Shown here: positions 8,717 to 18,919 of the stretch, one piece after another
Layout: each line of letters begins with the position of its first letter
Numbering within the stretch: the first letter of the stretch is position 1
From: Deltaproteobacteria bacterium
GTDB lineage: Bacteria; Myxococcota; B64-G9
Assembly: GCA_003647095.1 (NCBI GenBank)
Contig: QMME01000001.1
Coordinates: 1-47,128 of the forward strand
Length of the DNA stretch: 47,128 nucleotides
Direction of reading: 5' to 3'
Program-made: the position numbers and the translations under genes
The notes under the pieces: model-generated
Told to the model about the DNA's origin: nothing
Seen by the model: the letters and a program-made list of their open reading frames with translations, nothing else
Databases searched by the model: none

Positions 8717-9481
8717 ATGACTCGTCGCTCACCCCTGCGCTGGTTTATCTCGCAGGTAGAAGGCACAGGCAACTTCGTACTCAACTCGGCCGAGGCCATC
8801 CTGGCCTGCTTCCTGCCTCCCTACCGGCCCTGGTTGATCCTGCAGCAGGCCGATTTCATCGGCGTGGGCTCCATCTTCATCATCGTCCTGACCGGCATCT
8901 TCACCGGGGCGGTGTTCACCCTGCAAAGCCTGTATGCCTTTTCCATGTTCAACCTGGAGAGCATGGTGGGGGCCACCGTCACCCTGGCGCTGACCCGCGA
9001 GCTGTCTCCGGTGCTGGCCGCGCTCATGCTCACCGGCCGGGCTGGTTCAGCCATGGCCACCGAGCTGGGTACCATGCGCGTGACCGAGCAGATCGATGCC
9101 CTGGGAGCAATGGCCGTCAACCCGGTTCAGTACCTGTTCGTACCGCGCCTGCTGGCGGCGGTGGTGATGTTTCCCATCTTGACCATGGTGTTCAACCTGG
9201 TAGGAGTGCTGGGTTCCTACCTGGTGGCCATCAACATCTGGGGAGTCGATCCAGGCAACTTCCTGGCCAAGATCCGCTGGTACGTGTCCGCCCACGACAT
9301 CACCTCGGGCCTGATCAAGTCGTCCGTCTTCGGTGGCTTCATCGCCCTGGTCAGTTGTTACAAGGGGTTCAATGCCCAGGGCGGCGCCCGGGGCGTGGGC
9401 CTGGCCACCACCCAGGCGGTGGTGGTCGGCTCGGTCAGCGTGCTCATCATCGACTATTTCCTGACCGTGCTGATGTTCTGA
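8717..9481 (+). CDS. mlaE: MlaE-family ABC transporter permease
   Basis: 254 aa. ALTRELSPVLAALMLTGRAGSAMATELGTMRVTEQIDAL is the MlaE/YrbE signature region. No mlaF or mlaD gene is adjacent. Confidence 0.85.
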   Translation: MTRRSPLRWFISQVEGTGNFVLNSAEAILACFLPPYRPWLILQQADFIGVGSIFIIVLTGIFTGAVFTLQSLYAFSMFNLESMVGATVTLALTRELSPVLAALMLTGRAGSAMATELGTMRVTEQIDALGAMAVNPVQYLFVPRLLAAVVMFPILTMVFNLVGVLGSYLVAINIWGVDPGNFLAKIRWYVSAHDITSGLIKSSVFGGFIALVSCYKGFNAQGGARGVGLATTQAVVVGSVSVLIIDYFLTVLMF

Positions 9482-9499
9482 TTCGGCAGGCAGGCGGAC

Positions 9500-9703
9500 T
9501 CACACCAACAGGGCCAGAAGGCCACCCAGCAGGGGAAGCGCCGCCAGGGCCAGGGTTGCCGGCAGCAGGTGCGGCCGTCGCGGTGCAGGGCTGGCGGCAC
9601 GGTCGGCCAGCCAGGCTATGGCCACCAGGTAAGCAGCGGAATAAAGCAGGAAAATCACCACCAGGGATAGCTGCATGAACACTGACATCCGCTCGTACTC
9701 CAA
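9500..9703 (-). CDS. Possible small two-TM membrane protein
   Basis: 67-aa ORF with two hydrophobic helices and no recognisable family. It could be spurious in this GC-rich context. Confidence 0.3.
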   Translation of the reverse strand: MEYERMSVFMQLSLVVIFLLYSAAYLVAIAWLADRAASPAPRRPHLLPATLALAALPLLGGLLALLV

Positions 9704-9786
9704 CCGCCCCGTTGTTTTACCGACACTCCTTGCAAGCCCTGCCCCCCTCTGCTATCCAGAACCCCGGCTACCGGGGCCAGTAAGCA

Positions 9787-10917
9787 TTGTCCAACCGCGG
9801 GAGAGGAATGTCAAGCCCTGACCACAGCACCGTAGACGCCATCGTGCTGGCCGGCACCCACGACTCGCTGGTGGTGGAGTACCAGGGCCGGCGCCTGGGC
9901 AAGGCCTTTCTTCCCCTGGGAGGTTGCTCCCTGGTGGGCAGGGTGGTGCAGGAACTGCTGGTCGCCCGCGGGGTGGGCCGGGTATTCGTGGCCGGGCCGA
10001 CCGAGTTTCTGGAAGAGTCCCTGGCCATTCTGTCCGCACGGCAGCGCGGGCGGGTGGAGATCGTCGCCGAGGGCCCCACCCTGGTGGAAAACGGCTACCG
10101 GGCCTTCTACCGCCACCTGCTGCCGGCCCGGGGCTTGCCGGCACCGGCCACCCCCGACTACGACGCGGCGGCCGTGGCCGAGTACCTGGCCAGCCATCCC
10201 CAGGCCCGAACGGTGCCGGCATTGGTGGTGACCGCCGACTTGCCCTTTCTTGGAGCCGCAGACGTGGAGTCGTTTCTGCAACGCTGCCACCCGCAGGCGG
10301 CACTGGTAATGGGACTGGTGGAGCACGCCAAGCTCCGGCGCCTGGCCCACTACATCGGCCGGCCCGAAGTGCTCGATGCCTGGAAGCTGGGGGCCATTCC
10401 CCTGCACGGTGTCGAGGTCCGTATGACCAACCTGTTCCTGGTTCGCCCGGGCCTGGCCGACCCGCGCATCTACGCCCTGCTCGACGAGATGTACGGTCAC
10501 CGCCGCCTGCTGCACACGGACGGCAAGACCAACGTGCGTTCCTGGCGGGCCCTCGCCCGGGTGACCCTGCGCCACTGCCGCCGGGTGAATCCCTGGTGGC
10601 GTTACGGCCGCGCCTTGCTGAACTTCTTTCCGGCCATGGCCGCCGGCCTGCTGGCGCGTGCCAGCTACCGGCGCTCGCCTCTCCTGGCCCGGCCCTTCCG
10701 GCTGCTGCTGCGACAGCGAGACCTGGAATTCATCGCTTCGCTGCTGCTGGGCACCACCGCGGTCATGACCATCGGCGGCAGCCCGGCCCCGGCCATCGAC
10801 ATCGACGTGGAGGAGAGCTATCGATTCCTGGCCGCCGAGGACGAGGCCGGCTACCGGCAACTGCGGCAAGCACTGGAGCGCCTGGCCGCCGAAACGGCTG
10901 GCCCCCCCGGCGATTGA
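9787..10917 (+). CDS. Nucleotidyltransferase-family (MobA-like NTP-transferase) protein with extended C-terminus
   Basis: 376 aa. N-terminal DAIVLAGT....GKAFLPLGG motif is typical of NTP_transf_3. The C-terminal half is unrecognised. Confidence 0.55.
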   Translation: MSNRGRGMSSPDHSTVDAIVLAGTHDSLVVEYQGRRLGKAFLPLGGCSLVGRVVQELLVARGVGRVFVAGPTEFLEESLAILSARQRGRVEIVAEGPTLVENGYRAFYRHLLPARGLPAPATPDYDAAAVAEYLASHPQARTVPALVVTADLPFLGAADVESFLQRCHPQAALVMGLVEHAKLRRLAHYIGRPEVLDAWKLGAIPLHGVEVRMTNLFLVRPGLADPRIYALLDEMYGHRRLLHTDGKTNVRSWRALARVTLRHCRRVNPWWRYGRALLNFFPAMAAGLLARASYRRSPLLARPFRLLLRQRDLEFIASLLLGTTAVMTIGGSPAPAIDIDVEESYRFLAAEDEAGYRQLRQALERLAAETAGPPGD

Positions 10918-10990
10918 CTCGTTGTCGCAAACGTGTATCATCCCCTCGCCTGGGTCGACTGGCGGCCGGGCGAGAGCAGGGAGAGCCGCG

Positions 10991-13054
10991 GTGAGCAAGA
11001 AGCCGGGAAGCGCGCAGCAGCGTATTCGCAACATCGGTATCATCGCCCACATCGATGCCGGCAAGACCACCGTCACCGAGCGCTTCCTCTACTATACCGG
11101 CGTCATTCACCGCATGGGCGAGGTACACGACGGCCAGGCCACCATGGACTGGATGCCCCAGGAACAGGAGCGCGGCATCACCATCACCGCCGCGGCCACG
11201 GTGCTGCCCTGGAAGAAGCACGAGGTCCACCTCATCGACACTCCCGGGCACGTCGACTTCACCGTCGAGGTGGAACGCTCGCTGCGGGTGCTGGATGGCG
11301 CGGTGGTGGTGTTCTGCGCCGTGGGTGGGGTGGAACCGCAGTCGGAGACGGTCTGGCACCAGGCCGAGCGCTACGGCGTACCCCGGCTGGCATTCGTCAA
11401 CAAGATGGATCGCCTGGGTGCCGATTTCTTCGGCTGTGTCGAGCAGATGGTGGAGCGGCTGGCCTGCCGGCCGGTCCCGGTGCAGATTCCCATCGGCAAG
11501 GAAAACGATTTCGTGGGGGTGATCGACCTGCTGGCCGGGCAGGCCATCGTCTGGCAGGGCGAGGACCTGGGAGCCACCTACGAGACGGTGGCTATACCGG
11601 CGGACCTGGCCGAGACGGCCGCCCACTGGCGCGAGAAGCTGCTGGAGTCGCTGGCCGACGAGGACGACGAGATCGCCGAAGCCTACCTGGCCGGCGAGGA
11701 GATCCCCGCCGAGCGCCTGCGCCAGACCCTGCGCCGAGCCTGTCTGGACAACCATCTGGTACCGGTACTGTGCGGCTCGGCCCTGCGCAACAAGGGCATC
11801 CAGCCGCTGCTCGATGCCGTGGTCGACTACCTACCGGCCCCGGTCGAGCTGCCGCCCATCGAGGGGATCGATCCCCGCAGCGGCGAGCAGGTGTCGTTCG
11901 AGCGCTCCCGCCAGGCCCCCTTCTCCGGGTTGGCCTTCAAGGTACAGCTCTGGGATGGCCGTAAGCACACCTACCTGCGGGTCTACTCCGGCACCGTGGG
12001 TTCCTCGGACACCGTCTTCAACTCCAGCAAGGGCAAGGACGAGAAGATCGCCCGCCTGCTCAAGCTGCACGCCGACAAGAAGGAGCGCCTGCAGAAGGCC
12101 GTGGCCGGCGATATCGTCGGTGTGGTGGGCCTGAAGCTGGCCACCACCGGCGACACCCTGTGCACCCGGGCCCACCCGGTGATCTTCGAGAAGATGAGCT
12201 TCACCACCCCGGTAATCTCCATCGCCGTGGAGCCGAAATCCGGCCGTGACGAGGAGAAGCTGGGCGAAACCCTGCAGAAGATGATGGACGAGGATCCCAC
12301 TTTCACGGTGAGCCTGGATGCCGACACCGGCCAGACCATCCTCTCCGGAATGGGCGAGCTGCACCTGGAGGTGATCTGCGATCGGCTGCAACGCGAATTC
12401 CACATTCCCGTCAACATCGGCAAGCCCCAGGCCGTTTACCGCGAGACCCTCAAGGGCAGCGCCGAGGCCAGCGAACTCTTCGATCGCAGCTTCGACGAGG
12501 GCGGTGAGTCGCTGCACCTGTTCGCCGGGGTGACCCTGCACGGCGAGCCCGGCCCGCGCGGCAGCGGGGTGGTCTTCGCAAACGGTATCGAGACCGCCCC
12601 CGAGCAGACTCCCCCCGACCCGGCCTGGTTGCGGGAGATCGAACAGGCGATGCGTGAGGCGGCCGGCTCGGGGCCCGAGACCGGCTACCCCATGACCGAC
12701 ATCAAGATCACCCTCAAGCACATCGAGTCCCGCGAGGGACAGACCAACGCCCAGTCCCTGCACGTGGCCACGGCCACCGCTTTCCGCAAGCTCTGCCGCC
12801 AGGCCGGCACCCGTCCATTGTTGCCCATCATGTCGGTGGAGGTGGTCACTCCGGACGAGTTCACCGGTATCGTCATTGGCGATCTCAACGCCCGCAACGG
12901 CAAGGTGGAAGGCGTCGAGAAGCGCCCCATGCGCACGGCGGTGCGGGCCATGGTGCCGGTCACCAAGATGTTCGGCTACTCCACCGATCTGCGCTCGCTG
13001 ACCGAGGGGCGGGCCACTTTCAGCATGCAGTTCGCCAAATTCGACGCCATTTAG
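10991..13054 (+). CDS. fusA: Elongation factor G paralog (EF-G2-like, outside the str operon)
   Basis: [23 protein letters not shown] and NKMD GTPase motifs are present, and all EF-G domains are recognisable. Start set at the GTG at 10991 ([16 protein letters not shown]) behind GGGAGAG. The track ORF begins at 10922. Confidence 0.9.
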   Translation: MSKKPGSAQQRIRNIGIIAHIDAGKTTVTERFLYYTGVIHRMGEVHDGQATMDWMPQEQERGITITAAATVLPWKKHEVHLIDTPGHVDFTVEVERSLRVLDGAVVVFCAVGGVEPQSETVWHQAERYGVPRLAFVNKMDRLGADFFGCVEQMVERLACRPVPVQIPIGKENDFVGVIDLLAGQAIVWQGEDLGATYETVAIPADLAETAAHWREKLLESLADEDDEIAEAYLAGEEIPAERLRQTLRRACLDNHLVPVLCGSALRNKGIQPLLDAVVDYLPAPVELPPIEGIDPRSGEQVSFERSRQAPFSGLAFKVQLWDGRKHTYLRVYSGTVGSSDTVFNSSKGKDEKIARLLKLHADKKERLQKAVAGDIVGVVGLKLATTGDTLCTRAHPVIFEKMSFTTPVISIAVEPKSGRDEEKLGETLQKMMDEDPTFTVSLDADTGQTILSGMGELHLEVICDRLQREFHIPVNIGKPQAVYRETLKGSAEASELFDRSFDEGGESLHLFAGVTLHGEPGPRGSGVVFANGIETAPEQTPPDPAWLREIEQAMREAAGSGPETGYPMTDIKITLKHIESREGQTNAQSLHVATATAFRKLCRQAGTRPLLPIMSVEVVTPDEFTGIVIGDLNARNGKVEGVEKRPMRTAVRAMVPVTKMFGYSTDLRSLTEGRATFSMQFAKFDAI

Positions 13055-13152
13055 TAGCAGTCCGGCCCACTGCAGCGGGATGTGCCGGGGTGGTGGTGCG
13101 GGAATGGATAAAGGTGGACCGCTCGTCCGGGCACGCCTATGATAGGCGGGTC

Positions 13153-14019
13153 ATGAGCGGCACCAAGACAGGTCGGTGGCGCCGGCTGCTGCCGGTGCCA
13201 CTGTTACTGTTGCTGGCGGCCGGCGGCGGCTGGCTGCTGGCGCCGGGCTCAGGCGCCGTCTACCTGCAGTTGCAGGCGCGCTCCGACGCCCTGCACCGCG
13301 GGGCGGTGCTGGCCGAACCCATCTTGGCGGTGAGCTTCGTGCTGCTGGGGTTGCTGGCCCTGGTGTTTGCGGACTTCCCCTGGCCGCGGCGCATACTGGC
13401 CGGCCTGACCCTGGCGTCACTGGCAGCGGGACTGGGACTGGGAGCTTACGTACTGCACTTTGATCTCACCATCGAGGAAGCCGGCAGCGCCGGCCAGTTC
13501 ACCAGCGCCCGGCCGGCGAAGATCTCCGGGCAGCAGCGCTGGGCCGGCCCCTGGCAGGAAAGCGACGGCCCGGGCATCGCCAGCCCGCCCCGGGACGACG
13601 GCCACCTGGTGGAACTCGATCGCATATCCCTGACCCTCAAGGACGCCGACGGCCGGCGCATCTGGAACCGGCGCCGTCCCGGGGGCTGGCCGGCTTCCCT
13701 GCTGCTGGGAGAGCGTCACCTGCTGCTGGCCCTGCCTTCCGATCGCTGGGAAGACGACGTGCTGCTGCAGTTGGTGGAGCTCGATTCCGGCCGGCTGGTA
13801 AGCGAGTTCCACGTCCTGGGCCGGCGGATATCCATCCCGCTGGCCCGGGGCCCCCGGGTCGTCCTGGCGACCTGGCGGCCATCGGGAACGGCCTTATACG
13901 TGCTCGACCTGGCCGGGCCCCGGCTACTGTGGCGGCGGCGCCCGGCGGAACGGACGCAATGGCCGCCCCGGCGCTGGCCGGAGGAGTTGCAGCAGCTGCT
14001 GGAAGGAAAACCACCATGA
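13153..14019 (+). CDS. Hypothetical membrane protein
   Basis: Start at MSGTKTGRWRRLLPVPLLLLLAAGGGW. About 3 TM helices followed by a soluble domain. The stop overlaps the next ATG (ATGA). Confidence 0.5.
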   Translation: MSGTKTGRWRRLLPVPLLLLLAAGGGWLLAPGSGAVYLQLQARSDALHRGAVLAEPILAVSFVLLGLLALVFADFPWPRRILAGLTLASLAAGLGLGAYVLHFDLTIEEAGSAGQFTSARPAKISGQQRWAGPWQESDGPGIASPPRDDGHLVELDRISLTLKDADGRRIWNRRRPGGWPASLLLGERHLLLALPSDRWEDDVLLQLVELDSGRLVSEFHVLGRRISIPLARGPRVVLATWRPSGTALYVLDLAGPRLLWRRRPAERTQWPPRRWPEELQQLLEGKPP

Positions 14020-14828
14020 AGGGCCGGCAGCTGGATCTCTTCGAGAACCCCCTGGTCCGGGCCCGGCGCCTCAAGGCCGAACGCCAGTACCGGCAGGCGG
14101 AACTGGTCCTGCGCGGGCTGGTGGAGCGGGAGCCGGAGAACGTCTCCGCCCGGGCCTCACTGGCCGATCTCTACTACCGCAGCGGCCGCCTGCGACAGGC
14201 CCTGGCCCTGGCGGCGGAGATCCTCCGCCGCGATCCCGACGAGCCCCGCGCCCTGGTGGTGACCGGCAACGTGCTGCGCAAGCGGGGCAAGCCGGCGGAC
14301 GCCGCCGAGAACTTCCGCCTGGCCCTGCAGGTGGCGGAAACCGATTACCTGTGGCTGCGCCTGGCCGCCTGCCAGCTCGACCTCAAGCAACCCCGGCAGG
14401 CCCTGGAGTCGCTGCAGCGGGCGGAGCAACTGGCCGCTCCTTCCCTGGAGATGCTGCGCCTGCGCCTGCGGGCGGCCCGCCAGCTCGGCGACGAGGGAAT
14501 TCAGCCCCGTCTCCTCGACGAGGCCGCCCAGCTGCTGCCCGCGGAACCGTCCCGCTTCGCCAGCGGGCTGGTCCCCCTGCTGGCCGAACTGCCGCCCCGG
14601 CGCGCGGCCTTCCTGTCCGAGCGCCTGCGGGCCGATTTCAATCAGGGAGGCAATGCCGACCTGCTGCTGTTCGAGGCCGACAACCTGCTGCGTGCCCGCC
14701 AGCCGCAGCAGGCGGCCCAGCGCCTGCGGTTGCTGGCCGGGCGGGAATTGACTCCCGAGCAGAAGAGCAGACTCGAGAAATTGCTGAAGCGCATCAACCG
14801 CAACCACGCGTCATCGCCGTCCGGGTAG
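14016..14828 (+). CDS. TPR-repeat protein
   Basis: Internal start MKGRQLDLFENP.. gives an ATGA overlap with the upstream gene. Repeated A/L/R-rich TPR-like helices (ASLADLYYRSGRLRQALALAAEILRRDPDEP). Confidence 0.6.
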   Translation: MKGRQLDLFENPLVRARRLKAERQYRQAELVLRGLVEREPENVSARASLADLYYRSGRLRQALALAAEILRRDPDEPRALVVTGNVLRKRGKPADAAENFRLALQVAETDYLWLRLAACQLDLKQPRQALESLQRAEQLAAPSLEMLRLRLRAARQLGDEGIQPRLLDEAAQLLPAEPSRFASGLVPLLAELPPRRAAFLSERLRADFNQGGNADLLLFEADNLLRARQPQQAAQRLRLLAGRELTPEQKSRLEKLLKRINRNHASSPSG

Positions 14829-14876
14829 TCGGCGTTCCCGGGCAGGGGCTCGGCCCTATAGCCCCTCCCACAATCC

Positions 14877-16550
14877 TCATTCCTCCCAGAGCACCGGCTG
14901 GCCCGACTTGAACCACTCCTCGTAGCGCGGTTGGTAACGTTCCTCGAGCCGCTTGCGTTTGATCTTCATGGTGGGGGTGAGTAGCCCCTCGTCCACCGTC
15001 CACTCCCCCCGGGCCACGGCGATGAACTGCAGCCGCTCGAAGGAGGCCAGCTGGGAGTTGACCCGCTTGAGCAGCCCGGCCAGGGTCTCGGTGAGCTGCC
15101 GGCGGACGTTCTCGTCGCCCACCCGGGCGCGGTATTCCTCGGCCAGCATGATCACCGCCACCGGCTGCGGTTGACCCAGCCCCGAGACCATGGACAACTC
15201 CACGTGGTTGTCGGCGTTGAGCAGGTTTTCGATGGGCACCGGGTGGACGTACTTGCCCTTGCTGGTCTTGAACAGCTCCTTGATGCGCCCGGTGATCTTC
15301 AGCCGGCCGTCCTCGTCGATGGAGCCCTGGTCGCCGGTACGCAGGAAGCCGTCTTCGGTGATCACCTCGGCAGTGGCCTCGGGCATCTTGTGGTAGCCCT
15401 TCATGGTGGCCCCGCTCCTGACCAGGATCTCGTCGTTCTCACCGATCTTGCATTCCACCCCGGGGAAGGGATGACCCACGTAGCCGACGCGGGTGCGGCC
15501 GGGCAACGAGCAGTGCGAGTAGGAGAAGTTCTCGGTCATGCCGTAGCCCTCGAGCAGCTCCAGCCCCAGGTCCCGGTACCACTGGATGAGGTGCGGCGGC
15601 ATGGGCGCCGAGCCACTGATGGCGTAACGTACCTGGTCCAGCCCCAGCCCCTCGAGCACCTTGCGACGTACCACCCGCCCCAGCAGGGGGATCTTCAGCA
15701 GTCGTGCCAGCTTGCCCGGGGGCATCTTCTCGAAGACTCCCAGCTGGAACTTGAGCCACAGCCGGGGCACGGAGATGAACAGGGTGGGCTGGGCCCGCTT
15801 GAGATCCTTGACGAAGGTGCTCAGGGCCTCGGCGAAGAAGACGCGGCAGCCGGCGGCCAGCATCAGGTTCAGCCCCACCATGGTCTCGAAGGAGTGGGCC
15901 AGGGGCAGGTAGGACAGGTAACGATCCCGTTCGTCCAGGGGAAAGCGTTCCAGCTCGCCCTTGGCGGCCACGGCCATGTTGGCGAAGGTGTTCTCCACCC
16001 CCTTGGGCCGGCCGGTGCTGCCCGAGGTGTAGAACAGCAGTGATATCTCCCCGGGCTCGCGGGTGGGCCGGCCCTCGATGGGCTCGGTGTCGGCGACGAT
16101 GTCGGCCCACTTGGGATAGTCGGTGGGCGGGGCCAGGCTGAAGGCCACCCGCGGCAACTGCTCGGGTACCGCCGGCGCCACTTTCTCCCAGTTGTCCAGC
16201 TTGCCCACGAACAGCAGGCGCGACTCCGAGTGGGTAAGGATGTAGTTGATGGTCTCCCCGTCCAGGGTGGGATAGATGGGCGAGGCCACGTGTCCGGCCA
16301 TCCAGATGGCGAAGTCGGCGATTATGAACTCGGCGCAGTTCTTGCTGATGATGGAGATGGTGCTGCCTGCCGGCAGGTCCTTCGCCTTGAGGTAGGCGGC
16401 CAGGCGCCGGGCCTCGTCCACGGTACGGGCCCAGGAGTACTGCTCCAGGCGGTCGCCGCCGAGTGGTTGCACCATGTAGATGGCGTCGGGACGCTGCTGC
16501 TCGTGCTGGTAGAGATTCTGCAAGGGCAGGTACTGGGAATCGATACTCAT
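14877..16550 (-). CDS. AMP-dependent acyl-CoA synthetase/ligase (long-chain fatty acid-CoA ligase-like)
   Basis: 557 aa. AMP-binding motif LFYTSGSTGRPKGV. TGDQGSIDEDGRLKITGRIKELFKTSKGKYV. Confidence 0.9.
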   Translation of the reverse strand: MSIDSQYLPLQNLYQHEQQRPDAIYMVQPLGGDRLEQYSWARTVDEARRLAAYLKAKDLPAGSTISIISKNCAEFIIADFAIWMAGHVASPIYPTLDGETINYILTHSESRLLFVGKLDNWEKVAPAVPEQLPRVAFSLAPPTDYPKWADIVADTEPIEGRPTREPGEISLLFYTSGSTGRPKGVENTFANMAVAAKGELERFPLDERDRYLSYLPLAHSFETMVGLNLMLAAGCRVFFAEALSTFVKDLKRAQPTLFISVPRLWLKFQLGVFEKMPPGKLARLLKIPLLGRVVRRKVLEGLGLDQVRYAISGSAPMPPHLIQWYRDLGLELLEGYGMTENFSYSHCSLPGRTRVGYVGHPFPGVECKIGENDEILVRSGATMKGYHKMPEATAEVITEDGFLRTGDQGSIDEDGRLKITGRIKELFKTSKGKYVHPVPIENLLNADNHVELSMVSGLGQPQPVAVIMLAEEYRARVGDENVRRQLTETLAGLLKRVNSQLASFERLQFIAVARGEWTVDEGLLTPTMKIKRKRLEERYQPRYEEWFKSGQPVLWEE

Positions 16551-16714
16551 GTTCCACCTCCTGGGCCGGCGCGCCCGTCTTGATTTCGATGAGCGGCATT
16601 ATCTGCACAGCTGACCGGCGGATACAAGCAGCCTCTGCCATCGCCGGGGGCGGCGGGCAGATCAAATCCAGGCACGATCATCCCGGTCGGCCGCTGCAGC
16701 GGCCTGCCCGCCTG

Positions 16715-18886
16715 TTATCCGGAGCAGCTGCTGGAGCGCCTGCGCTTGAACATCACCAGTGGCAACAGCCAGGAGGGCCAGCCGGCCAGCCCTCCCCTGC
16801 CGCCCGCACCGGCACAGCCACAACCGACGACTTTGGAGACGGTGCCGGGCATTCCCTCCACGTCGCCGCTCTCATCGCCCCCGTCCTCCAACTCACCGTC
16901 GCCGTCACCGTCCACCACGCCGCCGTCATCGTCAACCGCGCCGCCGTCATCGTCAACCGCGCCGCCGTCTTCCTCCGGCCCGGCCGGCAGTACGGTCATG
17001 TCCAGGTCGGCCCGGTCCAGCAGGGAATCAGCGTTGCGGGCGTAGACCGAAAAAGAGAAGACGCCGACCTGCTCGGCCGTGCCCGAGATGGTTCCCTCCG
17101 GCGCCAGCTCCAGTCCCGGGGGCAACGTGCCGGCGATGAGCGTCCAGCGCAGCGGCATGCGCCCTCCGGTCGCCTCGAGCGCGTGGGAGTAGTGTTCGCC
17201 CACCACCGCCGCGGGAGGATCGCCGCCGGTGATCACCGGCGGTCGGCCCGCCTCGAGTCCGAATACCAGGGGATCGCTGCCCGTCTCCTGGGCGCCCAGG
17301 TCGGGAGCGTCACCCAGGAAGTAATCGGCGAAGTCGGGCAGCGGCTCGGCGGCGTCGTGTCCCGGGCTGCCCTCCCGGAGTTGAAAATCACCGCTCGAGG
17401 AATCGGGCCGGTAGCCGGCGCCCGGCACGTAGTCGGGCACTTCCGCCAGGCCGTGGGGTTCCGAGCCCCCAGGTACCTCGGCGCTGTAGAGATCGTAGTC
17501 AAAGTCGTTGTCCACGTTCTCGCTGCGGACGGCGATGGAGCGCGGGGCCGTGGAGCGCACGTGGAGCACGTTGTTGCGCGTGACGCAGTGCTTGATGTAG
17601 CGGCCGGAGCCGCCGATGCCGCTGCAACCCGCGTCGTCGATGTTCCAGACGGTGTTGTGGAACACGTACATGTGGCCGGTCATCCAGTCCACGCTTCCGG
17701 CGTAACCCATCTTGATGAAAGGACCGTAGCTGCCGTACTGGCTGTCGTCCGGGCTGTAGCAGCGGCCGGAGACGTTGCGCCAGAAGTACCAGGGACCGAT
17801 GGATACCGGGGCGTTGGCGTAGGCCAGGTAGGTATTGTCGACGTGGTTGGCCCACACCCGCACGTTGCGACAGCCGCCCTCGGTCTCGATGCCGTCGTCC
17901 CAGCAGTTGGCCAGGTCGTTGCCGTAGATGTCCGAGTCGGGACCGGGAAAGCCCACGAAGCTGCCATTGGAGCCGCCGCCGAAGATGTCGTTGTAGTAGT
18001 GATCGGCGTCGGACCAGACCCGGTTGTAGCGGAACACGTGGTTGCCGGCACTGTTGTAGAAGACGATGGCCTGCGGGCCGGCCGGGTGGTTGGTGCAGCT
18101 CCCTTCCGAGTGACAGTTGTACTCGGCCCAGCTGTTGGAATCGTGGCGGGGATGGTGGATGAGGCAGCGCTGCACCACCACCCGGACGACCGTCTCCTCG
18201 CTGCAGAAGACCGCCGCGTCCATGTTCTGGCCGAAGTCACCGTCGAAGTCGAGCCGGCCCCAGCCGGAGATGTCGCAGTCCTCGATGACGATGTCGTGCC
18301 CGCCGAAGATGCGGATGCCGTCGCGCCGGGCCCCGCGCAGGATCAGGCCGCGGATGATCACGTGGGAGGCATCCACGGTGACGTCGTAATCCTCCCCGCC
18401 GGCCACATCGATGACGGCGCCGGCGCCGTCGTAGAGCAGGTAGCCATCCGGGGTACCCGATTCGGTCACGGCCAAGGTGCTGGTTGACGACGATACCGGG
18501 ATCGTCCGGGCCACGGGAAAGTCCTCCGGCCATGTCGAGGCATTCAGCGTCGCTATCTCGGTACCGCCTTCCAGCGACAGTTCGATCCGGTATTCGGCCC
18601 CGGGACGCAGGTGAACCAGGCTGCCGCGGTAATCGGCCAGGTCCTGGTCAGTGCCGTCGATGGGGTTGTAACGCATGTCCAGCCCGGTAAACCACAGGTC
18701 GGTGCCGGTCTCCCGGTAACGAATATGCACGGGGCGATCGCCCCCCCCGCCCTCCGGCGACCAGTACAGGCCGATGCTGTGAAAGGTGGCCACGGCCCGG
18801 GGCTCGTCGGCACGGGCGGCGGGGGAAGCCAGCAACCAACCGGCTGCCAGCACGAGGAGGGAAAAAGCCGGGCCGTTACGGGGCAT
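16715..18886 (-). CDS. Secreted right-handed beta-helix protein with Ig-like domain, acidic linker and MYXO-CTERM-type tail
   Basis: 723 aa. Signal peptide and a beta-helix region (IIRGLILRGARRDGIRIFGGHDIVIEDCDISGWG). He_PIG-like Ig domain (LPPGLELAPEGTISGT). D/G-rich linker. C-terminal VVGCGCAGAGGRGGLAGWPSWLLPLVMFKRRR. Confidence 0.8.
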   Translation of the reverse strand: MPRNGPAFSLLVLAAGWLLASPAARADEPRAVATFHSIGLYWSPEGGGGDRPVHIRYRETGTDLWFTGLDMRYNPIDGTDQDLADYRGSLVHLRPGAEYRIELSLEGGTEIATLNASTWPEDFPVARTIPVSSSTSTLAVTESGTPDGYLLYDGAGAVIDVAGGEDYDVTVDASHVIIRGLILRGARRDGIRIFGGHDIVIEDCDISGWGRLDFDGDFGQNMDAAVFCSEETVVRVVVQRCLIHHPRHDSNSWAEYNCHSEGSCTNHPAGPQAIVFYNSAGNHVFRYNRVWSDADHYYNDIFGGGSNGSFVGFPGPDSDIYGNDLANCWDDGIETEGGCRNVRVWANHVDNTYLAYANAPVSIGPWYFWRNVSGRCYSPDDSQYGSYGPFIKMGYAGSVDWMTGHMYVFHNTVWNIDDAGCSGIGGSGRYIKHCVTRNNVLHVRSTAPRSIAVRSENVDNDFDYDLYSAEVPGGSEPHGLAEVPDYVPGAGYRPDSSSGDFQLREGSPGHDAAEPLPDFADYFLGDAPDLGAQETGSDPLVFGLEAGRPPVITGGDPPAAVVGEHYSHALEATGGRMPLRWTLIAGTLPPGLELAPEGTISGTAEQVGVFSFSVYARNADSLLDRADLDMTVLPAGPEEDGGAVDDDGGAVDDDGGVVDGDGDGELEDGGDESGDVEGMPGTVSKVVGCGCAGAGGRGGLAGWPSWLLPLVMFKRRRSSSCSG
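16922..16970. repeat. 21-bp perfect tandem repeat (2.3 copies) inside the acidic linker
   Basis: CGCCGTCATCGTCAACCGCGC at 16922-16942 and 16943-16963, plus a 7-nt partial copy. Encodes DDGGAVD DDGGAVD on the minus strand. Confidence 0.9.
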
Positions 18887-18919
18887 CTTCTACACCTCCC
18901 TGGGGTGCGCCGCCGCCCG

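Noticed and set aside
6259-9678. A 1139-aa ORF on the plus strand, together with similar giants: 18611..21718 (+, 1035 aa), 26355..28748 (-, 797 aa), 16463..18487 (+, 674 aa), 9811..11076 (-), 1818..3077 (-) and 26..1243 (+)
   Set aside because: The translations are Arg/Gly/Pro/Ala/His-rich low-complexity sequence with no motifs. Each lies antisense to, or out of frame with, genes that have clear family signatures. These are classic shadow ORFs in high-GC DNA where stop codons are rare.
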